NCBI GenBank assembly: GCA_023703675.1
Contig: CP097974.1
Location: forward strand, 1,006,220 to 1,070,219
From: SAR86 cluster bacterium
GTDB taxonomy: Bacteria > Pseudomonadota > Gammaproteobacteria > Magnimaribacterales > AG-339-G14
Reading direction: 5' to 3'
Length of the DNA stretch: 64,000 nt
The notes under the pieces were generated by a model, which had not been told where the DNA came from, did not search any database, and saw only the letters and a program-made list of their open reading frames with translations. Positions 48,183 to 57,976 of the stretch are shown here, one piece after another. Made by a program: the position numbers and the translations under genes. Positions within the stretch are counted from its first letter, which is position 1, and every line of letters begins with the position of its first letter.

Positions 48183-48556
48183 AAAAAGAAATAAATACAA
48201 CGTTAGCTCCAGAAGCAATAGGAACTTACTCTCAGGCTATAGCAACTGATAATCTAGTTTTTATTTCTGGCCAGATACCTCTAGATCCAGCAACAATGGA
48301 ATTAGTAAATGGAGTAGAAAATCAAATAAAACAAGTGTTTAAAAATATTGAGAGTATTTTGAAGGTGGAAAATTTATCTTTTTCAGATATTGTAAAATTA
48401 ACTATTTTATTAGACGATTTAGAAAATTTTAATTTAGTAAATAAAGTAATGTCAGAATTATTTGAAAAGCCCTACCCTGCAAGAGCAGCATATGAGGTTT
48501 CAAAATTACCGAAAAATAGTTCAATTGAAATAGAAACTATAGCTCTCAAAAATTAG
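48179..48556 (+). CDS. ridA: RidA/YjgF-family enamine/imine deaminase
   Basis: 125 aa. Motifs include APEAIGTYSQAI, FISGQIP, PARAAYEVSKLP and IEIE. It sits between spoT and recG as in Pseudomonas. Confidence 0.9.
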   Translation: MKKEINTTLAPEAIGTYSQAIATDNLVFISGQIPLDPATMELVNGVENQIKQVFKNIESILKVENLSFSDIVKLTILLDDLENFNLVNKVMSELFEKPYPARAAYEVSKLPKNSSIEIETIALKN

Positions 48557-50646
48557 TGACTGAACTTTCTCTTAACAGCTCCATTGAAGATATAAGTGGT
48601 GTTGGCCCAAAAGTAAAAATTCAACTCGAAAAGTTAGGTATTGAGTCTGTTCAAGACGCACTTTTTTTTCTACCGAAAAGTTATGAGAACAGGACAAAAA
48701 TTACTCAAATAAAGGATCTTGAGCCTGGAGGTGCTTTCCAAATTGAAGGAGAGATATTAGAAAGCAAAGTCTTCTATCCTGGCAGAAGATCCTTTTATGC
48801 AAAAATTACCGATGGAACAGGTTTTATCCAATTAAGGCTTTTCTTTTTTTCAAATCCTCAAGTTCAATCTTTTAAAAATGGACTTAAGATAAGAATGTAT
48901 GGTGTTGTTAGGAATACTGGTAGTAAGTTAGAAATTTTCCATCCAAGCTATAAATTGTTCAGCACTGACAGAAGGCCTCCTTTAGACAATACACTTACTC
49001 CAATATATTCAGTTGGATCAAGCAAAATAACTCAATACAGGTTGAGAAATATTATTAAAAACTGTCTAGGAAAAATAAAAAATAAAAGTTCATTAGAAAG
49101 TAAGATTGATGAAGCTTTTATAGAAAAAAAAGTTTCAAACTTATCTATTAAAGAGGCTTTGAATATAATCCATGGTCCTTCTATTGAAGACGATATATTG
49201 AAAATAAAAAGCTTTAATCACCCTGCACAGAAAAGATTGATTGTAGAGGAACTTTTAACGAATTTAATAGGAGTAAAAATTTCAACTAAAAAAATAGACG
49301 CAATGAAAAGTCCTAGAATTTCATCCTCAAAAACTTTAATAGAAGAATTCCAAAAAAACCTCCCATTTAAACTCACAAGATCTCAGCTTTCAGTTATTCA
49401 GGAAATCACAGAAAGTCTGGATGGATCAAAACCTATGCGAAGATTGGTGCAAGGTGATGTTGGTTCTGGAAAAACAGTTGTGGCTGCCGCTGCAATGTTA
49501 TGTGCTGCGCAAAATAACTTTCAATCCGTTTTGCTATGTCCAACAGAAGTATTAGCAGAGCAACATTTTAAAAATTTCTCTTCGTGGATGAAAAATGAAA
49601 ACATAGAAATTAACTTGTTGACTGGTAAAACCAAAAAAAATGAATGGGAAAAAATTAATAAAAACTTAATTTCGGGTGACACAAAAATTCTAATTGGAAC
49701 TCATGCAATTTTTCAAAAAAGAGTGGAAATGAAAAATCTTGCTTTAGTTGTTGTTGATGAGCAACAAAGATTTGGAGTAAAACAAAGATATGAGATTCTT
49801 AGAAAAACTTCTGAAGAATTATTACCACATCAATTATTTATGACAGCCACTCCAATTCCGAGAACTTTAGCCATGACAATGTTTGCTGATCTAAGTGTTT
49901 CCAAAATAACAGAATTGCCTCCAGGTAGAAATCCAATTACAACCTCAGTTATGTCTAATGAAAAGAGATCAGAGTTAATCCAAAGATTAGAGATTATTTG
50001 TGCTGAGGGAAATCAAGCCTTTTGGCTATGCACAATGATAGAAGAATCTGAAAATCTAGATGTTCAGGCAGCAGAATCAACTAAAACATGGTTAGAGAAA
50101 AATAGTTCAAAGTTAAAAATAGGACTAGTGCATAGTAAGTTAGCAAAGGCTCAAAAGGATAAGGTTATAAACGACTTTAGAGAAGGAAAAATTAATGTAT
50201 TGGTTTGTACTACTGTGATAGAAGTAGGAATGGATGTTCCGAACGCTAGTTTGATGATCATTGAAAATGCTGAGAGACTGGGCCTTTCTCAATTACATCA
50301 ACTTCGAGGAAGAGTTGGAAGAGGTCCTGACATGAATGCACACTGCGTGCTGTTATATGAAGGAAATCTTGGTGAAACAGCTGAAGCAAGAATGACAGCA
50401 ATGAAAGAGACCAATGATGGATTCAAAATTTCTGAAATTGATTTAGAGATTAGAGGTTCAGGAGAAATCTTAGGTACAAAGCAGTCCGGAGGGATGGAAT
50501 TAAAAATAGCTGACCTTATGAGAGATGCAAAATTATTAAGTAAGTCTGAAGAGATTGCTAATAATCTTTCAAGTGAAACAGAAATAGTTGAGTTACTTAT
50601 GCAAAGGTGGATTGGTAATAAGGAAAATTTAATTGCTGCTCAATAA
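48556..50646 (+). CDS. recG: ATP-dependent DNA helicase RecG
   Basis: 696 aa with a GTG start sharing one base with the ridA stop. It has a wedge domain and helicase motifs (GDVGSGKT, DEQQRFG, TATPIPRT, QLHQLRGRVGRG). Confidence 0.95.
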   Translation: MTELSLNSSIEDISGVGPKVKIQLEKLGIESVQDALFFLPKSYENRTKITQIKDLEPGGAFQIEGEILESKVFYPGRRSFYAKITDGTGFIQLRLFFFSNPQVQSFKNGLKIRMYGVVRNTGSKLEIFHPSYKLFSTDRRPPLDNTLTPIYSVGSSKITQYRLRNIIKNCLGKIKNKSSLESKIDEAFIEKKVSNLSIKEALNIIHGPSIEDDILKIKSFNHPAQKRLIVEELLTNLIGVKISTKKIDAMKSPRISSSKTLIEEFQKNLPFKLTRSQLSVIQEITESLDGSKPMRRLVQGDVGSGKTVVAAAAMLCAAQNNFQSVLLCPTEVLAEQHFKNFSSWMKNENIEINLLTGKTKKNEWEKINKNLISGDTKILIGTHAIFQKRVEMKNLALVVVDEQQRFGVKQRYEILRKTSEELLPHQLFMTATPIPRTLAMTMFADLSVSKITELPPGRNPITTSVMSNEKRSELIQRLEIICAEGNQAFWLCTMIEESENLDVQAAESTKTWLEKNSSKLKIGLVHSKLAKAQKDKVINDFREGKINVLVCTTVIEVGMDVPNASLMIIENAERLGLSQLHQLRGRVGRGPDMNAHCVLLYEGNLGETAEARMTAMKETNDGFKISEIDLEIRGSGEILGTKQSGGMELKIADLMRDAKLLSKSEEIANNLSSETEIVELLMQRWIGNKENLIAAQ

Positions 50647-50649
50647 CTC

Positions 50650-52632
50650 TTAAAGAAGTGGCGATATGACCAAACTCACAATCGCCATTACATTTATCAG
50701 AATATTCATTGATGGGCCCGAAGTGTCTTTAAAAGGATCTCCAACTGTATCTCCAACTACAGCAGCAGAATGAGTGTCTGTTCCTTTACCACCTAAATTT
50801 CCTTTTTCGATATATTTTTTTGCATTGTCCCAAGCTCCTCCAGCATTAGCCATCATCAAAGCCATTGAGACGCAACCAATTAATCCACCACCAAGCATTC
50901 CGCCAAGAGATTCTGGACTCAGTCCAAAACCAACAACTACAGGAGCGCTTACTGCGATCACACCAGGTAATAGCATTCTCTTTAAAGCAGCAGAAGTAGC
51001 TATGTCAACACATCTAGCTGTGTCAGGCTCTGCGTTTCCCTCTAAAAGTCCTGGGATTTCTCTGAATTGCCTTCTTATCTCATTGATCATATCAAATGCA
51101 GCATCTCCTACCGCAGTCATAGTAATCGATGAAATTAAAAACGGTATAGAAATACCAATAAACATTCCAACCAAAACTTGAGGATCAGACAAAACCAATT
51201 CAAATTCAGAATTGTTGTGCGAAACAGTCTCAACAAAAGCGGCAATGATTGCTAAAGCTGCCAAGGCAGCTGCTCCTATAGCAAAGCCCTTTCCAATAGC
51301 CGCTGTAGAATTTCCTAGTTCGTCAAGAGAGTCAGTTATTTCTCTTGTTTCACTTCCCATTCCTGACATTTCCGCTATTCCTCCAGCGTTGTCGGCAACT
51401 GGTCCATAAGCGTCAATTGCCATGGTGATGCCAACAGTCGCCAGCATGCCTACTGCTGCAATTCCAACACCATAAAGTCCAATCAAACTAGTTGAAGTTA
51501 AGATTATTGCAGCCAAGATTAAAATTGGTAAAACTACCGATTGCATTCCAACAGATAATCCAGTGATCATAACTGTCGCTGGTCCAGTTTCTCCAGATTT
51601 AGCAATTTTTTCTACTGGACTTGACCCAGTGTAATACTCAGTGATCAAACCAATTAAAACTCCTCCAACAGCTCCCGATAAAACTGCAAGCCAAGTGAAG
51701 ATAACATTTTCTCCGAGAATTAGGTCAATTAAAAAATAAGCTGCAATAACAAACAATACAGCAGAACCCATAGTTCCAGTTCTCAAAGCAGTTCCAGGGT
51801 CGGCTTTTGAAAAAACTCTAACTATCACTATTCCTAAAATTGATGCAAGTAAACCGAGAGAAGCAAGGGCTAGAGGTAGAGCCATTAATCCACTATCGTC
51901 TAACGTAGCTGCAATTGCTATTGAAGCAATCATTGAACCACAATACGATTCGAAAATATCCGATCCCATACCAGCAACATCTCCAACGTTATCTCCAACG
52001 TTGTCAGCAATAACTCCTGGATTTCTGGGGTCATCTTCTGGAATTCCAGCTTCAACCTTACCGACTAAATCTGCTCCTACATCAGCACTTTTGGTATATA
52101 TTCCTCCCCCTACTCTAGAGAATAATGCTACGCATGATGCTCCCATTCCAAAGCCCTCTATTGCTCTTGCGGTCTCTGGATCTCCGCCAAAATAAAAATA
52201 CAAACCCCCTAAACCAACTAGTCCTAAGGAAGCAACACAAAGACCCATAATTGATCCACCGTAAAAAGCTACAGATAAAGCTGATTGTGCTCCCTCATTG
52301 CTTGCAGCTGTAGCCGTTCTTACATTTGCTTTAGTAGCTGCAAACATTCCGAGCCATCCAGCTAAAGATGATGATAAAGCTCCTGCCGTAACAGCAATTG
52401 CAGTGTTCAATCCAAGAAAAATATAAGATAAAACTATTAAAACTGCTACAAATAAAGCCAGATAAGAGTATTCTCTTCTCATAAAGACCATTGCTCCTAA
52501 ATGAATTTGGTCTCCTATTTTTTTTACCTCATCTGAACCGCCATCAAATCTCATAACTAGCAAAAATAAAAGAAATGCAACTAAGAGACCAAGAAAGCCT
52601 AAAACTGGCGGCAAGATAAGATTAAATTCCAT
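50650..52632 (-). CDS. hppA: Membrane-integral pyrophosphate-energised cation pump (M-PPase), K+-dependent-type signature
   Basis: 660 aa with about 15-16 TM segments. Motifs include [29 protein letters not shown] and DTVGDPFKD. In [14 protein letters not shown] the diagnostic GNTT(A/K)A position is Ala, which is the K+-dependent class. Confidence 0.92.
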   Translation of the reverse strand: MEFNLILPPVLGFLGLLVAFLLFLLVMRFDGGSDEVKKIGDQIHLGAMVFMRREYSYLALFVAVLIVLSYIFLGLNTAIAVTAGALSSSLAGWLGMFAATKANVRTATAASNEGAQSALSVAFYGGSIMGLCVASLGLVGLGGLYFYFGGDPETARAIEGFGMGASCVALFSRVGGGIYTKSADVGADLVGKVEAGIPEDDPRNPGVIADNVGDNVGDVAGMGSDIFESYCGSMIASIAIAATLDDSGLMALPLALASLGLLASILGIVIVRVFSKADPGTALRTGTMGSAVLFVIAAYFLIDLILGENVIFTWLAVLSGAVGGVLIGLITEYYTGSSPVEKIAKSGETGPATVMITGLSVGMQSVVLPILILAAIILTSTSLIGLYGVGIAAVGMLATVGITMAIDAYGPVADNAGGIAEMSGMGSETREITDSLDELGNSTAAIGKGFAIGAAALAALAIIAAFVETVSHNNSEFELVLSDPQVLVGMFIGISIPFLISSITMTAVGDAAFDMINEIRRQFREIPGLLEGNAEPDTARCVDIATSAALKRMLLPGVIAVSAPVVVGFGLSPESLGGMLGGGLIGCVSMALMMANAGGAWDNAKKYIEKGNLGGKGTDTHSAAVVGDTVGDPFKDTSGPSMNILINVMAIVSLVISPLL

Positions 52633-52696
52633 GATGTTTCTCCTTAAAGATCAAATTAATTTATCAGAAATCTAAATAATTTTCAGAAGTTTGATT

Positions 52697-53932
52697 TCAA
52701 CTACGATCATAATAAATTTCTTGCTTCAAGCTATTTTCACTTGAAGAAATAATGCAGGCAATCATTGAATCTCCACAAACATTTACTGAAGTTCTTAACA
52801 TATCAAGTAATCTATCCACTCCAATAATTAATGCTATTCCTTCTACTGGAAGTCCGACTTGTTGTAAAACCATTGCCAACATTATAAGTCCTACGCCAGG
52901 TACTCCCGCAGTTCCAATTGAGGCTAGAGTTGCTGTAAGGATAACCAATAAAAAGTCACTCATTGCCAAATCAACTCCATAAGCTTGTGCAATAAATACT
53001 GTCGCAACTCCTTGCATAATAGCGGTGCCATCCATATTTATAGTTGCTCCAAGAGGAATCGTGAAAGAAGCAACCGATTGATCGACACCGAGTTTATCTT
53101 TTGCCGTTTTTAAAGTTAAAGGCATTGTAGCGCTGCTTGAAGATGTACTGAATGCAAAGAAAATTACTTCTTTTAAATTTTTAAAAAAGACAAAGGGACT
53201 CAACCTCGTAAAAGAATAAAGGAAAAAACTATAAATAATAAGTCCATGAAAAAGTAGAATAAAAACTAACAAAACAAAATAAGATGCAAGATCAGTAATA
53301 ATTGAAAATCCAATTTTGGAAAAAATATCTGAAAGCAAACAAAATATACCGTAAGGAGCAAACCAAATAATTATTTCTACAATTTTCAACATTAAATTAT
53401 TACCTGATTGGAAAAAACTTATTATCTTTTCATTGTTGTTTGATAGAGCCTTAACACCAAATCCAATTAACAAAGAGAAAACAATTATTTGAAGCATTTC
53501 TCCTTCGGCCATCGACCTTATCGGATTAGAAGGAAAAATACTTACAAATACTTCCTTTAGGGAAGGGGCTGGTGGCGCGGAAAATTCAATATCCGTCGAT
53601 AATCCAATTCCGCTTCCGATATCGAATAAGCTTGCAAAAGATAGTGCCGATGCGATGGCAATTGAAGTAGTCGCAAGATATAAACAAACCGCTTTAATAC
53701 TTATGGATCCAAGTTTTGAAGAGTTCTCAATTTGAGCAACTCCCACAATTAAAGAAAAAAACACCAATGGGACTACCATCAGCTTTAGTGAAGAAATAAA
53801 AATTTCTCCCAAAGCACTAAAGATTTCCGTTAATAAAATTGCAAAAAAATAATCAAAAAAAAATATATTGATTAATGAACCAAAACTTATTCCCAAAAAC
53901 ATCGAGAGAAGAATCCTTCCGGTATATGACAT
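52697..53932 (-). CDS. Dicarboxylate/amino acid:cation symporter (DAACS/GltP family)
   Basis: 411 aa. It has the family motifs SSSATMPLT, NMDGTAIMQGVATVFIAQ and DRLLDMLRTSVNVCGD. The substrate cannot be assigned. Confidence 0.85.
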   Translation of the reverse strand: MSYTGRILLSMFLGISFGSLINIFFFDYFFAILLTEIFSALGEIFISSLKLMVVPLVFFSLIVGVAQIENSSKLGSISIKAVCLYLATTSIAIASALSFASLFDIGSGIGLSTDIEFSAPPAPSLKEVFVSIFPSNPIRSMAEGEMLQIIVFSLLIGFGVKALSNNNEKIISFFQSGNNLMLKIVEIIIWFAPYGIFCLLSDIFSKIGFSIITDLASYFVLLVFILLFHGLIIYSFFLYSFTRLSPFVFFKNLKEVIFFAFSTSSSSATMPLTLKTAKDKLGVDQSVASFTIPLGATINMDGTAIMQGVATVFIAQAYGVDLAMSDFLLVILTATLASIGTAGVPGVGLIMLAMVLQQVGLPVEGIALIIGVDRLLDMLRTSVNVCGDSMIACIISSSENSLKQEIYYDRS

Positions 53933-54126
53933 TAATAACTTTTCCCGGAACCTTCTAAAGGCATCATATCAAAATCTTCTTTTCCTACTCCGCAATCAGG
54001 ACAAACCCAATCATGTGGAACGTCTTCCCATTTAGTTCCTGGCGGAATGCCCTCCTCTGGCAATCCTTGAGCCTCATCGTAGATCCAGCCGCAAACGATG
54101 CATTCCCATTTTTTGAATTCTTCCAT
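53932..54126 (-). CDS. Rubredoxin
   Basis: The realistic start is the ATG at 54126 (MEEFKKWECIVCGWIYDEAQG...DWVCPDCGVGKEDF). It has two CxxCG knuckles and is 64 aa. The track ORF (to 54177) adds an implausible leader overlapping ubiA. Confidence 0.9.
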   Translation of the reverse strand: MEEFKKWECIVCGWIYDEAQGLPEEGIPPGTKWEDVPHDWVCPDCGVGKEDFDMMPLEGSGKSY

Positions 54127-54169
54127 AATAAGTTCTGTACGGTTTAAATTTTTTGAATAATATATCAGT

Positions 54170-55027
54170 GTGAACAAAAGATTGAAAAACTATTTTTATC
54201 TAATGCGTCTAGACAAGCCAATAGGAACTATGCTTCTGTTATGGCCATCTTTAATAGCATTGGTATTAGCGTCGGAAGGGAATCCAAGCATCTATCTTTT
54301 TGCAGTATTTTGTATGGGAACTTTAATCATGAGATCTGCGGGATGCGTTATCAACGACTGGTTCGATCGAGACATAGATTCAAAAGTGTTTAGAACTCAT
54401 ACAAGACCTTTAGCTGACGGAAGAGTTTCTTCTAATGAAGCCCTAATGCTTTTCTCTTTACTATTATGCTTGGCTTTGATTTTATTATTTCAGTTAAATT
54501 TTCTTTCTTTTTTTGTTGCATGCTTGATAGTTGTTTTGGTTATTTTTTATCCGCTTGCAAAAAGATATTTGAAGATTCCTCAAATAATTTTAGGAATTAC
54601 TTTTTCAGGAGGAATTCCATTAGCCTTTGCTGCCGCGTCAAATTCCTTGCCATCTACTTGCTTTATTTTAATGCTGGCTAATTTTTTTTGGATTTTATCT
54701 TACGATACCTCCTATGCAATATCTGATAAACAAGACGACTTAGCTCTTGGCCTGGGAAGCTCTGCAATCTATTTTGAAGGGAAAGAAAAAATTACAATTT
54801 TTACCTTTGGTTTGCTTGGCTTAATTACTTTCGGCAGTCTAGGTTTAATTTACGAGTACAATTTTTTATTTTATGGTATTTTTTTTGTTACTATGATTGG
54901 TTACTTTTTATTATTTATTAGAACAAGTTTCTCCAGCCCAAGTTCTAGTTTTAATTTTTTTAAAAAAAATAATCTAATTGGTTTTTTCATGTTTGTGGCT
55001 TTTTATATTAGCGAATTAATTTTATGA
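54170..55027 (+). CDS. ubiA: 4-hydroxybenzoate polyprenyltransferase
   Basis: 285 aa with a GTG start. It has LMRLDKPIGTMLLLWP, an Asp-rich motif NDWFDRDID and a second motif YAISDKQDD, with multiple TM segments. Confidence 0.9.
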   Translation: MNKRLKNYFYLMRLDKPIGTMLLLWPSLIALVLASEGNPSIYLFAVFCMGTLIMRSAGCVINDWFDRDIDSKVFRTHTRPLADGRVSSNEALMLFSLLLCLALILLFQLNFLSFFVACLIVVLVIFYPLAKRYLKIPQIILGITFSGGIPLAFAAASNSLPSTCFILMLANFFWILSYDTSYAISDKQDDLALGLGSSAIYFEGKEKITIFTFGLLGLITFGSLGLIYEYNFLFYGIFFVTMIGYFLLFIRTSFSSPSSSFNFFKKNNLIGFFMFVAFYISELIL

Positions 55028-56169
55028 AAGTAAGTTTTCATAATTCTATTGAAGAAATTTCAAAAAAAAGTTGGGATGCGTTGATAGGGGACCTTAACTA
55101 CCCTTTCCTTAGACACGATTTTTTGAAAACTTTAGAGGTTACTAACTGTGTAGGAACAAATACTGGATGGATTCCAATTCATATAACCATAGAAAGGGAC
55201 GAAGAGTTAATAGCTGCGATGCCTCTTTATCTCAAAAGTCATTCTCAGGGTGAATTTGTCTTTGATCATTCGTGGGCTAACGCTTTTTATCAGCATGGTT
55301 TAGATTATTATCCAAAATTAGTAAGTTCGATTCCTCATACGCCTGCTTCTGGTCCAAGATTTCTGATGAAAGACGGCGAAGAAAAATCTGTTCTTTTTGG
55401 AAAAATTAAAGAAGGAGTAAAAATGATTTCTTCTAAAAATAACATTTCTTCGTGGCACATATTATTTCCAGAAAAAGATGAAATAAATTTTTATGAAAAC
55501 TCCCAACTAAGCATAAGGAAAAATGCTCAGTTTATTTGGTTTAATAAAAATTATAAAAATTTTGAAAATTACTTGGAAAACTTCAGGTCGAGACATAGAA
55601 AAAATGTTTTAAAAGAAAGAAACAAAATTAAAGAGCAAGATTTGATTATAGAAACTTTGTCTGGGGAAGATCTTAATTATGAAATCATGAATAAATTTTA
55701 TAAATTTTATTTATCAACAAATATCAAAAGAAGTGGATTTTCTGGCTATCTTACAAAGCAATTTTTTTTGAACTTTCCAAAAACTTTATTTTCAAATTTA
55801 GTAATCGTTTTTGCGAAGAAAAAAATAAATAATGAAATGGTTGGAGGTTCTTTATTCTTTAGAGATAAAAAAAATCTTTATGGAAGATATTGGGGGTGTC
55901 AAGAAGAATACGACTGCCTGCATTTTGAATGTTGTTATTACCAAGGGATCGAATACTGCATAAAGAATAATCTTGAAAAATTTGATCCGGGCGTTCAAGG
56001 AGAACACAAAATAAAGAGAGGTTTTTCTCCCACAGAAACTTTTTCAGCTCATTGGATTGCTGATGACAGATTTAGAGAAGCTATAGATGATTTTGTACTT
56101 AGAGAAGAAAGACATATTAACCACTACTTAGAAGATGCAAAAAGATTACTCCCATTTAAAACTGTTTGA
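55024..56169 (+). CDS. DUF482 / FemAB-like GNAT-fold protein
   Basis: 381 aa. From memory, the overall pattern (W..L......PFL.H.FL..LE.S.., YLKSHSQGEFVFDHSWA, GRYWG, FE.CYYQGIEYCI, FDPG.QGEHK..RGF.P) fits the widespread proteobacterial DUF482 family. It has no experimentally defined function. Confidence 0.6.
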   Translation: MKVSFHNSIEEISKKSWDALIGDLNYPFLRHDFLKTLEVTNCVGTNTGWIPIHITIERDEELIAAMPLYLKSHSQGEFVFDHSWANAFYQHGLDYYPKLVSSIPHTPASGPRFLMKDGEEKSVLFGKIKEGVKMISSKNNISSWHILFPEKDEINFYENSQLSIRKNAQFIWFNKNYKNFENYLENFRSRHRKNVLKERNKIKEQDLIIETLSGEDLNYEIMNKFYKFYLSTNIKRSGFSGYLTKQFFLNFPKTLFSNLVIVFAKKKINNEMVGGSLFFRDKKNLYGRYWGCQEEYDCLHFECCYYQGIEYCIKNNLEKFDPGVQGEHKIKRGFSPTETFSAHWIADDRFREAIDDFVLREERHINHYLEDAKRLLPFKTV

Positions 56170-56764
56170 ATGTCATCCTCAAAAAAAAGAAATATTTTAT
56201 TTGATTGAGAAAGATAAAGATCTTAAAAAATTATTTGTAGAGAATTATAATTTTAAAAAGTTTAAACGACCAAAAGGGTTCGAAGGTCTTGTCAGACTAA
56301 TAACTGAGCAACAACTCTCGGTTGCTTCCGCAAAAGCGATCTTTCTGAGAATTAAAAAAAACTTGAAAATATTTAATCCTGATCAGTTCTTAAACTTATC
56401 CGATGAGAAGCTTAAAAGTACTGGATTGAGTAGGCAAAAAATTAATTATTGCAGAATCTTAGCTAGATCTATCAAAACCAAAGAATTAAATCTTACTAAA
56501 ATTCATAAAATGAATGACGAAAACTTATTAAAAAATCTCACTAATATCAAAGGAATAGGAGAATGGACGGCAGAATGCTATATGTTAGCTAGCCTAGATA
56601 GGCCTGATATATGGCCCGTTAAAGACCTTGGATTACAAGTTGCAATTCAAAGAGTTAAGAATCTAAAAACTAGGCCAAGCGAAGAAAAGATGATCGAAAT
56701 TAGTGAGGTTTGGAGACCTTATAGATCGATAGTAGCTAATGTGCTATGGGCTTCGTATGACTAA
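56135..56764 (+). CDS. DNA-3-methyladenine glycosylase II family (HhH-GPD)
   Basis: 209 aa as tracked. It has an HhH-GPD core (LITEQQLSVASAKAI, GLSRQK, IKGIGEWTAECYML, PVKDLGL). The ATG at 56135 overlaps the preceding gene by 35 nt; an in-frame TTG at about 56201 is an alternative start. Confidence 0.8.
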   Translation: MQKDYSHLKLFECHPQKKEIFYLIEKDKDLKKLFVENYNFKKFKRPKGFEGLVRLITEQQLSVASAKAIFLRIKKNLKIFNPDQFLNLSDEKLKSTGLSRQKINYCRILARSIKTKELNLTKIHKMNDENLLKNLTNIKGIGEWTAECYMLASLDRPDIWPVKDLGLQVAIQRVKNLKTRPSEEKMIEISEVWRPYRSIVANVLWASYD

Positions 56765-56876
56765 TTTGAAAATTTTTTTTGTAAAAGTAGACTCAGGGAA
56801 TAGATAGTTAAATATATTTAAATAACAATTTTTAAAAAAAAGACAATTTTTTATAATAAATATTTAAAATAAAATT

Positions 56877-57332
56877 ATGAAAACTGATACAGGATATAAA
56901 GAACTCAAAGAGCTTCAAATGTTACAAAGCTCTATTTATATTTTAGTTTCTAAATTAATTTTCGAATTAAATGTAGAAAAAAGGATTTCATTTTATTTAC
57001 CCATGTCAAAAACAAATGAAAACATTAATAAAATTTATTTCCATTTAAAACCTTTTTCGAAATATACATCAAATTTGAAAATATCTATGCGATCTCCTTT
57101 TGAAGAAAAGCTACTTAAATTAGATCTAAGGATCTATCATGAAGCACGACTTGGGGAAGTTGTAAGATTTCAAAATTTTCATGTAAGTCTTCTTGATATT
57201 TTTCAAACAAATCTAAGATTTGGATTTCAAAGAGATGAAAGACTGCAATGGAATTCTTTTGCAGAAGAATTTTTAAAATTATCTATAAAGGAAGGAAGAT
57301 CTATTGAATCTTTTATACCTCCACGGTTTTAA
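56877..57332 (+). CDS. DUF1249 (YqiB-like) protein
   Basis: 151 aa. It has a central LRIYHEARLGEVV motif like the DUF1249 'RLYHDA..AEV' signature. It lies immediately upstream of a yqiA-like esterase, echoing E. coli nudF-yqiB-cpdA-yqiA. Confidence 0.55.
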   Translation: MKTDTGYKELKELQMLQSSIYILVSKLIFELNVEKRISFYLPMSKTNENINKIYFHLKPFSKYTSNLKISMRSPFEEKLLKLDLRIYHEARLGEVVRFQNFHVSLLDIFQTNLRFGFQRDERLQWNSFAEEFLKLSIKEGRSIESFIPPRF

Positions 57333-57867
57333 TAGCTCCCCTGATTCTACCAAGGCAATAATTTTTCAATCTTTTGTTAAGAAAAAAATTTCCGAAAGTT
57401 TATTAGTTCCAAGTTTACCAATATCTCCAAAAGAGACTATTTTACTTTTAGAAGAAATAATTGAAGAAAATAAAAAAGAGATTTCTTTGATAGGTAGTTC
57501 CCTAGGGGGATTTTATGCAGCTTATCTAGCTGAAAAATACAAATTGAAAAGTGTTTTGATAAACCCAGTGGTCTCGTCTCATTTGAAAAATATGAAAGAT
57601 TTAATAGGTGAACATGAAAATTACAATACCGGTGAAAAATATTTTTTTTCCAAATCAAATTTTAAAGAGCTATTTGACTATAAAATCAAAAGATTCTCTA
57701 TTCCTCTGAATCAGTTGTTTCTTTTGCAGTTAGGAGATGAAGTTTTAGATCAGAAAGAAACCTTAAAATATTATAAAGGGTCATTATTTTTGGTTGAGGA
57801 TGAAGGATCTCATAAATTCGATAATTTCGAGAAATATCTTCCTTTGATTTATGATTTTATGACATAA
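57304..57867 (+). CDS. yqiA: YqiA-family esterase (alpha/beta hydrolase)
   Basis: 187 aa with a TTG start. It has the N-terminus NLLYLHGFNSSP and the nucleophile elbow GSSLGG. It overlaps the DUF1249 ORF by 29 nt. Confidence 0.75.
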   Translation: MNLLYLHGFNSSPDSTKAIIFQSFVKKKISESLLVPSLPISPKETILLLEEIIEENKKEISLIGSSLGGFYAAYLAEKYKLKSVLINPVVSSHLKNMKDLIGEHENYNTGEKYFFSKSNFKELFDYKIKRFSIPLNQLFLLQLGDEVLDQKETLKYYKGSLFLVEDEGSHKFDNFEKYLPLIYDFMT

Positions 57868-57976
57868 TGTTCTATATTAGTGCATTTTGTGTTCTAAAAA
57901 AGATCATATTATGCACTGATTTTTAACATTCGGTTTGTTATCATAATTGACCGATTAATTTTTTTTAGGAGATAAA

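Noticed and set aside
50774-52195. Antisense ORFs (50774-51181, 51212-51409, 52001-52195) inside the pyrophosphatase gene.
   Set aside because: The sense gene is locally richer in GC (Gly/Ala/Val-rich membrane protein), which removes antisense stop codons. The products are Pro/Ala/Ser-rich nonsense.
57868-57976. A possible NtrC enhancer and sigma-54 promoter upstream of glnII (TGCAT at 57881-57885, TGCAC at 57912-57916, GG at 57932-57933).
   Set aside because: The TGCA elements are not part of a TGCACC-N5-GGTGCA palindrome, and no GC dinucleotide lies at the correct spacing from the GG. I therefore cannot call it a regulatory feature. The absence of such a site is reported as part of a finding instead.
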